A stretch of DNA of 20,000 nt from Candidatus Ancaeobacter aquaticus. Its GTDB lineage: Bacteria; Auribacterota; Ancaeobacteria; Ancaeobacterales; Ancaeobacteraceae. Location: NCBI GenBank assembly GCA_030765405.1, contig JAVCCP010000042.1:53173-73172 (forward strand), written 5' to 3'. The notes beneath the pieces are model-generated. The model had not been told where the DNA came from. It did not search any database and worked only from the letters and a program-made list of their open reading frames with translations. The stretch's first letter is position 1. Each line of letters begins with the position of its first letter. Positions 1-12,000 of the stretch are shown here, one piece after another. Both the position numbers and the translations under genes were made by a program.

Positions 1-3000
1 CTCGGTCGCAACACCTATCCTAGCCATATTGTAAGCACCATGCCCGGTACTATATAATGCACCTTTCAAAGAAGATCTCAACATCATTTCATATCCGATC
101 TTTGTACCCCATTTCCTACCGCCCGCACTGATCCAAGATCCCTGGTTCAATAAATGCTTACCGCCCGAAGTTATTATTTCGCTAAGCGCCCCACCCGTTC
201 GTGCGGTCTCAGCTGCTGCTGAACCGAACATAGCCAATCCTTTTGAGCTCTGAACCAGTGTACTAATAGTTCTGTACACATCAAACATCTTGTCAAGCGT
301 ATTAGCGCCAACTCCCAGATTAGCCAAAAGACTGGATTTTTGCGTAGCGCTAAGGACTTTGAATATAGCTCCAAGATCTGCACCTGAATTAAATAGTTTT
401 ACCGCCTCATCGCCATATGTTTCCGCCGCTTTTAACGCACCTAATAACCCTCTAAACTTATTCATCACCTGAAGAGCTTTACGGATTAGCTCTGCTTTCA
501 TACCCGTTTCAGTAGTAAGTTTTGCTAACGCCATCGCTTGAGGAATCGTTGTCCCTTCAATCATAAGCGATACAGCAAACAAGAATTTGCTATATTTCGC
601 CCCTACTTGAACAATGGCTTTTGCAACAGCACCCACTCCCAATGTCACAAGGACGACCGCAACAAATTCGATTACTGTTGAACCAATTTCCGCTACCACT
701 TTGTTCGCACCCAACCGCGCGAGAATATCATTTGTATTTGTATTAAACCCAACAACCGAAGCTCCCGCTATATCCTTGAGTTTACTTTCCATAGCATCTA
801 TTGAGTCAAGGTCAAGCATGCCATCATTGTCATAACGAAGCTGTAATGCGGCCTCTATAAGATTATTTCTGTACTCGATAGAAACTTTACGAAGAGTAGG
901 ATCAAAAAGTACGGCTGTTGTCCTGTTTGTATATCCCCAGTCACCGATCGAAGCATTAAGCGACTTAAGCTGTTCAAACAACGGATCAACCTTTGAAGAA
1001 ATCTTGGATGATTTTTTAGCGATTTTTTCGGCTTCTTCAAAAAGACCGACTGCCGCTTTATAATCACCTACCAGCAGCTTTATCTGGCCTTCTACTTGCA
1101 GTTTATGCGCATCCCAAAACAGATTGTTTTGAGTCTGTTTTGACTTCAAGGCATCTGCTGTAAGATATAGTCCAAGTTTATTAGATGCCTCAAATTGAGT
1201 ATTCTTGCCGGCACGCAAATCAAGACCTTCTGAGAATTTCTCCAGATTGTCGAGCAATTTTGCGTCAAGCTTACCGCCCTTTTCCTTCAGTAGAGAAACA
1301 ATATCACTGTGGCCTATGTCTGTTTTAAGGATTTCCGTACCTACCCTGCCTTCATTAGCCATAGCTGAAACCGCATATTTATCTCCACCGCCAAACCACG
1401 GCACAACATTGTTATAGAACCCATAACTAATATACTTTTGATCAATGATCCCTTCCTTAACATAATTGTTTATTTTCTCTTCGACCATGGCCTTAGCGGT
1501 TTCATTGGCCTTGCTCTTATCAAGATAATCAAACAGATCTATCAACCGTTGAGCATCCTGTACTTTTGTTACAGCACCGTTCTTTGACGCGTCATAACTG
1601 CTCTCGGTCCTGTCCGCGCTCTCTATAAGATTTAAATCCGGCCTTTCGTAATTAATACCGAAGAAATATTCTGCTTCATCATCTGAAACTAACCCGACAG
1701 TTTTTCTGCCAGCGTCTTTAAATCCGGCGACAAATCCCGCCCATGCAGCACTAAATCTTCCTTTATCATCAGCTACTTCGGAAAAGTCTTTTCCACTGCT
1801 TATAGATTCCCATGTGTCATTTTTACGGCCTTCTGCGGCCTTATAAGTAAGTATATCACCTTCAACATCGCTCATATTAAGAACGGTAGATTTATAATGT
1901 ATGTTGAGATTTACCGAATATTTATCAAGTGTCTTATTTTTAATAAGGTAATACGTTGTCTTACCGCCGGTAACCGTTTCACGTTCTTTAAGGCTGTCAG
2001 CATAATCAACTGTCGCAACAAGTCTAAAATCTTTAGGAACCAAAGGTTTTTCCCCTGCGGCCGTATCTCTACCCAGCTTCTGTATAGAATTAAAATCATG
2101 CTCAGAAACAAACCATGCCGGTGTTTCTATCAAAAGCTCATCACGTTTTATAAGCATATTTTTTACTTTGCCGTCAGCGTCTGTATATCTCACGAGCTGT
2201 TCACCTCGAGAACTCTTTACATTCTGACCCCGTTGAATAAGCTGTTTTATATATTCCTCAGAAATATATTTCTTTACCGGCTCACCCCGACCTGTCACTG
2301 TCACTGTACATTCATGATCCCAATGGAACCAAAAGCCTCCGGCGACTTTATTTTTAAACATGTTATCGTTCTTAATATCGTCGTTAGACACATCTATTGT
2401 GTAATCTACGCCATCATATGTAACCTTAACAATGTTACGCTTCGCTACTCCCTGCTCTCTGCTGCTGTCATTACTGTAATTAGATACATGTCCCATCCCA
2501 ATAGTATATGCCTTGGCCCTCCTGCTAAGATAATTACCACGTTCCTTGCCTTTTTTCGAATCGAATTTCTTGCCATCGGCAGATGTAAAATCTACTCCTA
2601 TACCTGCAAGTGCCGCAATATCACTGACACTGCCGAAATTAAAGTCTGTATATTTTTCATCCATTTTGTGTTTTGATGATTTATGCAAATCCATACTTGT
2701 GTCAGGGGGATCGCTGATAATACTGATTTTTTTAACATTTGATAAAGGAAGAACCGCAAGATTTGCGACAAAATTACTAAAATCATTACTTTTACCGATA
2801 CCCTTTTGATATTCTTTATTCTCTTTTAGTTTCTGGCCAACAATATCCCAGTTTATATCCTTTTTATTAAGCTCTCCCCATATAGTATCCAGATTCTTTT
2901 TCATCGAACCGTAATTCTTAGAGAATTCTTTAAAGTTTTTCTTGAAATGTGCCGCTAAGAGATCTTTATGCGTCGCTTTTTTCTTCGTACCGTCGCTCAT

Positions 3001-6000
3001 TACGATTTCTTTGTCGGTGAGCGTATCGAGCGCTTTAAGAAGTGCAGCTTTTTGATAAGGTTTCAGATCTCGGAATTTATCACTATTAAGGAATGCTTTA
3101 GGCGATTTTATAAATTCTTTCAACATTGCCCTTGTTTCAGGTCTTGGATCAGCATTATGCGCGACACCCAGAAACTGTTCTGAAGCACTTGAAACACGGG
3201 CCGCATGTTTGACATCTTCCTGAAGACCCTCTAGAAGTTTTTCACGTTTGTTCTCGCTGAGTGCTACACCTTCTTTGTCCTTACCCATAATAAGCAGAAG
3301 CGCCTTATCCGCTGCATCTGCAATATATCCCTCGCCCATATCCTGGCACTTTTTCGCCTTTGGATACGCACTCTTATCGCCTTTAAAACTATCAGGCTTC
3401 GGATCGATTTTTTTAGCGCTGTTTTTGCTGGTTTCTACTACTGCAAAGAAACCGTCTTTACCTAACAGCATTTGACCGTCACTCGCTAGATTTTTTATCT
3501 CTTCTGTAGTTCCCGTCCTCGAAAGGGGCTCTACTCTTGCTAAGTATAAATTACATACTTCTCTAACTTTATCTCTGTTTGGCCCTTCATAATTTATGCC
3601 TTTGAGCATGATTTTATACGAATAGTCTGCCGCCCTAGCAAGGTTTGATACAAAGCCGATTTTATCGGCAACACTGTTCCAAGCCGTCTCTTTATCGGCC
3701 ACACTAGGGTCTTTATATGCGGTATAAGCGTCTTTCACACCCTTCAGGCGTTTAATATAGGCACTCTTTGCAGTTTCAAATGCTGCGTAATCCTTTTCGG
3801 CCGCTGTGAATTCGGCTTCCGCTTTCTTGTATACTCTTTCTGCAGAGCTTATATACCTCGAAAGATTTTGATATTCGAAGCTTGATGTATCACCTTCATA
3901 GGCACCCCTCTCTGTGTGCTTGTTATCAAGTTTATTCTTTATATAAACCATCTTGTCTTTAAGCTTGCTGAGGTGCTCAGGTATTTGATGCTTGTATATA
4001 TTCTGTTTAAAAAGCTCTTTACAATCTTTTATTACGTCAATATTTCGCTTAATATCTTCGGATTTAGGAGATTCATGGAGCTTTGAAAGCATATCGACGT
4101 TTTTCTGCAGAGCTTCATTATATACGTCCAATGCAAATTTCTTGTCCTCAATATTTTTCTCAATATTTTTCTTGAGCTGGTCATGTTTTTCATTTTCTAC
4201 ATCGACCGCATTTTGACGTTGAACGACCACTTCCTCAGCTACGGCAAGTTCTTGTCTTGTGCTTTCGATCGTATTCTTCATCGAATTTATATCAGCACTA
4301 CGGCCACGATAAAATTCTCCGCTTTCAATACTCTGGATGGTGCTTTCAAAATTACTTATTTTTGTTTTCAGATTGTCGACATTTTGCTGAGCTTCTTTCA
4401 CTTTAGCCTCAGCCAGCTTGACATTTTCCTGATAAAAAGTATCGGCACTGTCAGACGCTGTTTTCAAGTCTTCTTTCAACGTATCCGCGTTCAACATGTC
4501 GGTTATGGTCTGTTTTGACTGGGTACCTCGCGTAGTATATTTTGAGAGCAATTCTTTTTTCTGTTTGGGTGAATATTTATCACCCAGGTAATTTTCAAGT
4601 GTCTTCAGAAAATCTGCTTGGTAGGTATTACATATAGGTTGTGATTTTTCTCTGGCATCAAGGGCAAGTTTTACATTAGAACTTTCCGGAGGCGCGCGTT
4701 GTTTTATTGTTTGGGCAATTCCATCTATCGTTTTACCCGTTTTGTCTTCTGTCGCTCTTCTAACAAGCAATTGGGTTCTCAAATTGGTTTCTTTCTGTAT
4801 TTCACCGGTAAGTTTGAAAAACGATATCTTCAATTTACCCAGAGCCTTCACTTCTTTTTCTAACTCTTTTAGCTTGCCTGACTTGTGGAGTTTTTTAACA
4901 TCCTCGATCTTTGTTTTTATCTCGACTACTAATTTTGCTTTTTCTTCCATTTTCTCTTGAATGATCTTGTCTTTTTCACCCACTTCAGAAACAAGCTTTT
5001 TATCTTTTCCGCAAAGAAGTTTTGTTCTATCATCTTTTGCCGTCTTGAGCTTATCGTTAACTTTTTTAAGCTCACTGCCTGTTGGATCACTTTTGGGATC
5101 AGCCATGATCGCAATTCTCTTTTCTTCTAATTTCGAAATAATTACATTAGCTCCTTTCAGCCACTTATCAACTGCGGTCTTTGTACCTCCCGTATTATGA
5201 TTATTAACCGCTTCTCGACTTTCATCCATTTTCATTACATTTTTTATCTCTTCATGACGCTGTGCCATTTGTTTATATTCTTCTTTACTAATCTTTTGTT
5301 CTGGATCAGCAAGTTTCTTAATATCACGTGCGATTTCACTGAGCTTCGTATCAAGAATTTTATTTAATTCCTTATATTTTTCCGGATCTTTCGGATCTAA
5401 TTTAATAAGGTTCTTTGCTTTCTGCAGTACACTTTCTGCTGTTACCGATTTTGTTATACTATCTGTCCTGGCTGTTATATCTTTAAGTTTCTTATATGAT
5501 GCGTCCGTTCCGCCTTTAATTTCATCCAATGCTTTTAGCAGTTTCTTTGTTACGCCTTTTACAATCGCGCTATTCTTGCTTGATAATAGCGACTGAGGTA
5601 AAACGTCGAAAACATTGGCGACATATCCTGCATTTTTAATAATATTGTTGATTTTCTTTAAACTAGGCCCAGAAATCTTGTCACCCTTATAAAACATTTG
5701 CATTACACTGTTTATCTTACCCTGTTCTGACTTCATCCTCTTTTGGAGTAATGAATATGCCTTTAGCTGTTGTTTATAATCTGCTTTTTGTGTAGTTAGT
5801 TCGGCTCTTTCCTTTTTGGTAGTTTTAGCATTCGTAATTTTTTCTGTAAGCATACCAATAGCCTTGTCAAGGCTTTTCACTGTTGTTCCTAGCTTATCCA
5901 TCTTTAGTTTGTACTCTGCTTTTGCTACAATTCCATTTATCGTAACACTATTCCCATACAGCATATTCTGGATATTCCTGAGTGATTCCGGAGAGCCGTC

Positions 6001-9000
6001 AAGACTCTTGAGTGCTGAAAATATCTTACCGCGCTGTGCTACAAGAACATCTTTATCAGTCTGATCAAGTTGTTTTAGTAAAAATTCGTCATTGTACAAT
6101 ATCTGACCTGCGGCCTGAGAAATAAATGTGACAGTATTAAATGTCTTTTCCATATCTTTATACGCTTCATCAGACAACATGTCGATCAATGTCAGATCAT
6201 CGAGTATTCCACCGGTAAGTTCTCCATCACTATTATAGATAGCGATCTTATCAATCTGATTTTTGAGTATATCCATAATCGCTGTATACTCTTCTTTTTT
6301 CTCCGGTGATACAGCTTGTTGTAATGCTTTGATCTGCTTGCGCTTTTCATCAGCTTGCGCGCTTGCTGTTTTTGCTTTTTCCGGATTGTTTCCAGCAATA
6401 TATGCTTCTGCAGTCTTGTCTAATTCAGCTACCTCTCTTTGAAGTTTTGCTATTTTCTTATCACCAATTTTCTCTTCAATATTTTCCAAGCTTTTATTTA
6501 ATTCTGCACGTTTCTCAACTCCAACTATCATTACACCAGATTTCTTTATAATATCTTCCAAATTAGCAAAGACCGCAAATCCACCGTCTCTGGCGTCTTT
6601 AACACGAGTTAGCAGTAAAGCGCGCTGATTATCCAGTGTCTTTTTATCATTGGCGGTAATACCTTTGATTGATGATGATTTATCGAAAAGATCAAGCCAC
6701 GTTCCGGCGGCTTTGTTAATGGTCTGAGCGTTCGCAACCTTTTCAGAAAATTCAGCTCTTTGTTTCTCAGTTAATTTCTTATCTTTGTCAGTTTGTTTCT
6801 CATCAGAAATTAGCTGAGACAGTACACCGCCAATTTCATTATCCCAAGCACTTAATTCGTCCTTCAGTCCTTGTAATTCCTCAAGCTTCTTGCGGTTTTC
6901 TGTAATAGTCTCTTCCAGAACCTTCTTCTTTTTCTTGCGATCCTCTGTGTCGGGCAGATTTTTGAGTTCTTTGCTGCCAGCGGCAATGGCAGCCGTCAAC
7001 TTTTTAGTTTCTGCATCAATATTGGACACATTATCATGGTTACCTTTTATGGCCATTGCTGCCTTCATAGGACCCTTAATATTTGCCATAATATCGTCAA
7101 GCATCTTATCAGCTTCAACATCACCGGCACGGATTTTACCCAAAAGCCCTGTTATTTCATCGAACTTTTCAGTAAAATACGCCTGGTCTGACTTTGATAT
7201 ACCTTTTTGGTGCGCAAGGTCAAGTGCTTGTATTGCTATCCCTACACGTCCGGCTGTTTTCTCTGCGCTTTCGACCATATCCTCAGAGCTTAGTTCAATA
7301 CTGCTATAGACGTTAGTAAATAAGTTATCCAGCTGTTTATTAATTTTACCAAATTCTTGCCTTAAAGACTGCCGCATAGATAACAACTTGTTCCTTTGTT
7401 CAGCATTTTCTGGACCGGAAAGCTTTAGTGCCATTTGTCCTATTTGCTGGCTACGTATAGACAGTTTTGCTTTAGCCTCAAGCCCTACGACTATATACCT
7501 ACTCCGCCCGGCCAAGTTCCCCATAAGGTTATAATCCATATTATCAAGCGCATTAACGATCTTTTTGCGGTGCTTCTCTATCCGTGCCTTGTCTTTTTCC
7601 GAAAGAGGCAGGCCTTTCTTTTTCATTTTTTCCGGAGTGGATTCTAGTGTGAGATAACTCTGAACACCTGCAACAAGATTTCTGGAATTTGTCCTTCCTT
7701 GCTGCATAAGTTTACGGTCTTCCTCTGTCATCGGTTTACCGGAAATAATATTATCTAGTCGCGCCTCATACGCCGCATTGTCACTTTCTAATGCCACCAG
7801 CATCTTTTTGTAATCTTCTTTTGCATCAAAAATCTTTTTCATTGTCGCGACATCCGCAAAAATCTTAGTTACATTAGCCACAGCAGCCTCAACCATAGCT
7901 TCCAGCCCCTTACCCTTCGTGACATCCGCAAACAGATTAGTTATATCAGCCACAACAGCCTTAGCCATAGCTTCCAGCTTCTTTTCACCCTGTGCAATCT
8001 TGTTGGCTAAATGCTCCTTTTGTTTTCTTCTGTTTATTGTAACATTTACATCACCTATCAGCCCCTGGCCATCAGAGAGTGCATTCTTAAAATCTTTCAT
8101 AAGCTTTTCATTGCCCAGATTTTTTAACGATTTTTCCATCATTGCCATTCGCTTCGTATAATCAGCAATTAAAGCCCGCAGTTCCTTGGGTTTTAAATCT
8201 TTACTATTTTTACTGATAAACTCAATCTGGCGGACATTTAGAGCTGCACTATTAACCAACATGCTGGCATGCTTAAGTTTATTGCCCACTCCGTTCATGT
8301 ACGCATTCAGCTGTTTATCTTTCATTGTCCACATATCAGTCTGTATTAAGTCTAATCCTACCTTTTGTAATTGTGTGCTTATTTGATCAAGCAACTTCAG
8401 GTTTTCCTTATATTTCGCCCGATCCTCGGGGCTGGTATCCTTATTATCAAGCGCCTGTTTTATCTTTTTACGCTGTTCATTAATATCATTTCCCTGATCC
8501 TTGGCTTTATCTAAAGAATCATCTCTCATAGAAATGAGATGGTCTGCTCTATCCCTATAGCTACCAAGGACATTCTGTTCATGACTCCTGATCGAACTTG
8601 AATTACTCTCTATATAGTCATCAACCTGTTCAGCAAAATCTTCCCGTTTGTTTTTCATTGCATCTACCAGCTGGCTCTGTGTCATCTTCTCGTGACCAGC
8701 AGAAAGGGTTGAAAATGACAGTGACGGCAAAGATTTAGCGATAATATTTATTGTTGTTGTACCGTCAGCAGTAGAAGCCATTGCTTGAACTCCATATCCG
8801 AGTTCACTGGCTTCTTCAATTGACATCTCGCCTGATCTAACCGCTTCTTCTACCTGCTTTCTTTGTTTTTCAGCGGTTGGTACGGCACAGTCTTCCATTA
8901 GTTTCTTATAGCCATCAATATCCGCCTGTGTACGCAACATATCATCACTAAGATCTTTTCTCTTAGTAGTCATTGACTCATTATTGTTTTTTAAGTCTTC

Positions 9001-12000
9001 AAGTTTATTCTTAAGTTGTGTTTTCTCATCATTCAAACCTTTCAGTTCATTCTTAAGGTTATCCCTCTGTTCATCAGTAAGATCTTTATTCTTGAGTTCT
9101 TCTTCTTTTGCTTTTATCGCGGCGGTATTGGTATTTGCCGCATCTTTATTTTTTTCCTGCGCAGTATTGTTATCTTTTAATTTTCTATCCAGATCTTTAT
9201 CCAGATCTTCAGCTTCTCCCTGTTGTGTTTTAAGCTCTTTTTGCGAATCCTCAAGTTTATCTTTATACCCTTCAGCGAGCTTATCATTTACAGCATCCTG
9301 GAGGGCATTACCATCTGCCTCAGACTGTGCCTTCGCCTTTTCTTCCGCTGCTTTTTCCTTGTCGGATGCCTGCCACATCTTTGTCATTACTCTCATCATG
9401 ACATAGAAACTTTCCGCATTGCCAGGGAAAGTAGTGCCTAGGAATCTAATCGGGCCGCTGCTTTCTTTTATCTTTCCTTCAATTTTCTTGAGGCGATACT
9501 CATGCCGCAGTTTAGCTTCCCATCTCGGCATACCGCCGGCGATTTCTTTTTCCATCCGCTCGTCAAGTTTGTCTATTTTTTCCTGTTTCTCTGCCACTTC
9601 TCTCTCTTCAGGTGTCATCTTTTCCCATGCCGCTTTTTTCGCCTCTTCTTTTACCGCTTTTGCCAGCTCTTCTTTTGTTTCTACTTTCTTTGATCCGTTA
9701 AGCCCTTCTGTCGTTTTTGTGCCGCGGCTATCCATGGTTGCCGCGTCACGGCCGGTAGCATTACCATTGCCATCGTATTTCACTGATTCTACGCTGGTAG
9801 AGGAACCGTACGGTTCAGCGCTTTTACTTGCCCCAACAAATTCTCCTCTTGCTATATCAAGATTCTTTCTATCCTTGGCTGGAAGCTTTGGATCATTCAA
9901 TAAAGCTTCAAGCTCAGCGGCGTATTCCTTTTCAAGGTCCGCTGTCTCAATATCACCTTCTTTTTTCTCGGCTCTGGCAGCGGCATATTCTTTAATACGC
10001 TCCTGTATCGAAGGTTGCTTACCTATGATCTCAAAACCATCTTTAAGAGTGGCGATTTTTCTCGAACCACCAGTATCAAGTAGGCCTTTCGCAGAACCGC
10101 CAGTGTCACTCAAAACACCCTTAAACTTACGCACACCCAGCTCTCTTAGTTTATCTTTTAACCCTTCTAAATGCCTAGGATCAACTTTTACGCCTGAAGC
10201 CTGCAATGCAAGTAAAAGGTTCAGTTTTGCTTGATGCTTTGTTTTAAGCTGTTTGTGTGTAGGTGTCTTCGAATATGAAGTGGTATATTTCTGTTTTCTT
10301 CCCTGTCTATCATATGATTGAATGCTCATAGTGTCTGTTGTAACCGAACCGTTCTTCAGGGAAGTTACTGTTGAGCGGTGTGTCAGCTGACCTAGCGAGT
10401 TATAAGCCATAGATGACTTGTATATAGCGCCTTTGCGGTCAGGATTCTTACTGTCAAAAATAACCTTTCCACGCTGACTGGTAATATTGCCGAAACCATC
10501 ATACTGGATATCAGAAATTTGCTCTTTTGTATGATTATCTTTTGACCATGTCTCAACAGTCTTTGACGCGACCTTATTACTATCACCATAGTACTTGATA
10601 TTGGTTGAAAGCGTTCTTGTATATGAATTTTCCGGATCATTGCTCCAGACAGTCACATCAGTAGTCGTAGCACGGCCCAATATATCAAAGCCTAAAGCAC
10701 GGTAAAGCTGTCTGATATGTTTTTTCGGACAAGCAGAATCGTTAAATGTCTCTGTTATCCTGGATATAACAAATCCAAGGGCGTTAAATCTCGTACCACT
10801 TACAACCTGCTTATAAGTACGATTTAATCTCTTGCCACCGGTTTTAGCATCCATCTCTCTTATATAGGATGTCTGGCCTGTTACACGTCCATGCGCGTCA
10901 TATTTTATTCCTCTTACACGTGTAATTGTCCTGACACCTTTTTCAACCTTGTCTACATCTTTTGCGATAATCTGGCCGGCACGGTTATACTTGATATTTG
11001 TAACGTTACCTTCTTCGCCGGAATAACTTGTCAATCTCCCCTTTATGTCATACTGCATATTTGACTGCTTACCCTTGGATACAGCCTGGCCAAAGGCATT
11101 GTATGAAGCAGCACTAAAGGTTACACCCTCTGTTGTTGTCTTCTTGTATTTCTTGCCGCCTGTGGCAATATCCATTTTTGTTGAACTGCCTCTTTGCGAT
11201 ATAATATTTCCTGATGCATCATAGGTTATGTCGGTTATACGGGTTTTGGTAACCACTCCCGGAGCCGAAGAATCATATGATTCCGTGCTCTTCGCAATAA
11301 TCTGGCCAGCGGCATTGTATGAAATATCTGAAGTTATTTCTTTGGTCCAATGATCCAATCCTCCGCCTTTTTCCCATGTTTCGGTAGTATATCCTGCCAT
11401 TCTCCCTTCCATATCATAGGTAATATCATTCATCTTTTGTGTAACCCACACATCAGGCCGTGAATCATTCCATGAGCTTGTGGTCTTCCCTGAAACACGA
11501 TTGTACTTGTCATATCGGAAATTTGATTCTTTTTGTATTGAATTCTTATCTAAAGCTAGCTTGCCATCTCTGTAGCCTTTTACATTTGTTTTTGTCTGCC
11601 TGGAGCTTACCCTGCCTTGCGAATCATACGAAGTCGATCTCTTACTCAATGTTACCTTTTTGCACTGAACGACCTTACCGCCCATTTGAGCAGCGAGTTT
11701 AGCGGCTTCAGACTTATTGTAAACACCACCTATCAAAGCACCCGATTTATCGTGTACTTCATACATACCTGTAACAGTACTCGTTGATGATCTGTTTGTT
11801 TCCCTTCCCCACGCATCGTATTTAAGGCCTGAAACTTCATTCACATAATCAAAACCAGCACCAGTTTGTCCGGTAGCGATATATCCGGCTATATTGCCGT
11901 CACTGTGATAGCTGATATTCGTCTGGCGTTCGGTTTTGCCGTCAGCGCCTGATACAGTTTTAGCTGTTACCTGGCCATTACCGTTATATTCATACTCACC

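Noticed and set aside
802..837. EF-hand-like RYDNDGMLDLDS
   Set aside because: Position 1 is Arg and position 12 is Ser, so key Ca2+ ligands are missing.
1018..1089. TPR-like GQIKLLVGDYKAAVGLFEEAEKIA
   Set aside because: It is a single motif with no 34-aa periodic neighbours, so it cannot support a TPR domain call.
1264..1314. Ankyrin-like GHSDIVSLLKEKGGKLD
   Set aside because: It matches only the second half of the ankyrin consensus, has no preceding TPLH helix, and has no neighbouring repeats.
5077..5100. DPKSDPTG as an RHS cleavage motif
   Set aside because: The spacing is wrong, and it lies in a helix-turn context about 4.6 kb downstream of the last YD repeat.
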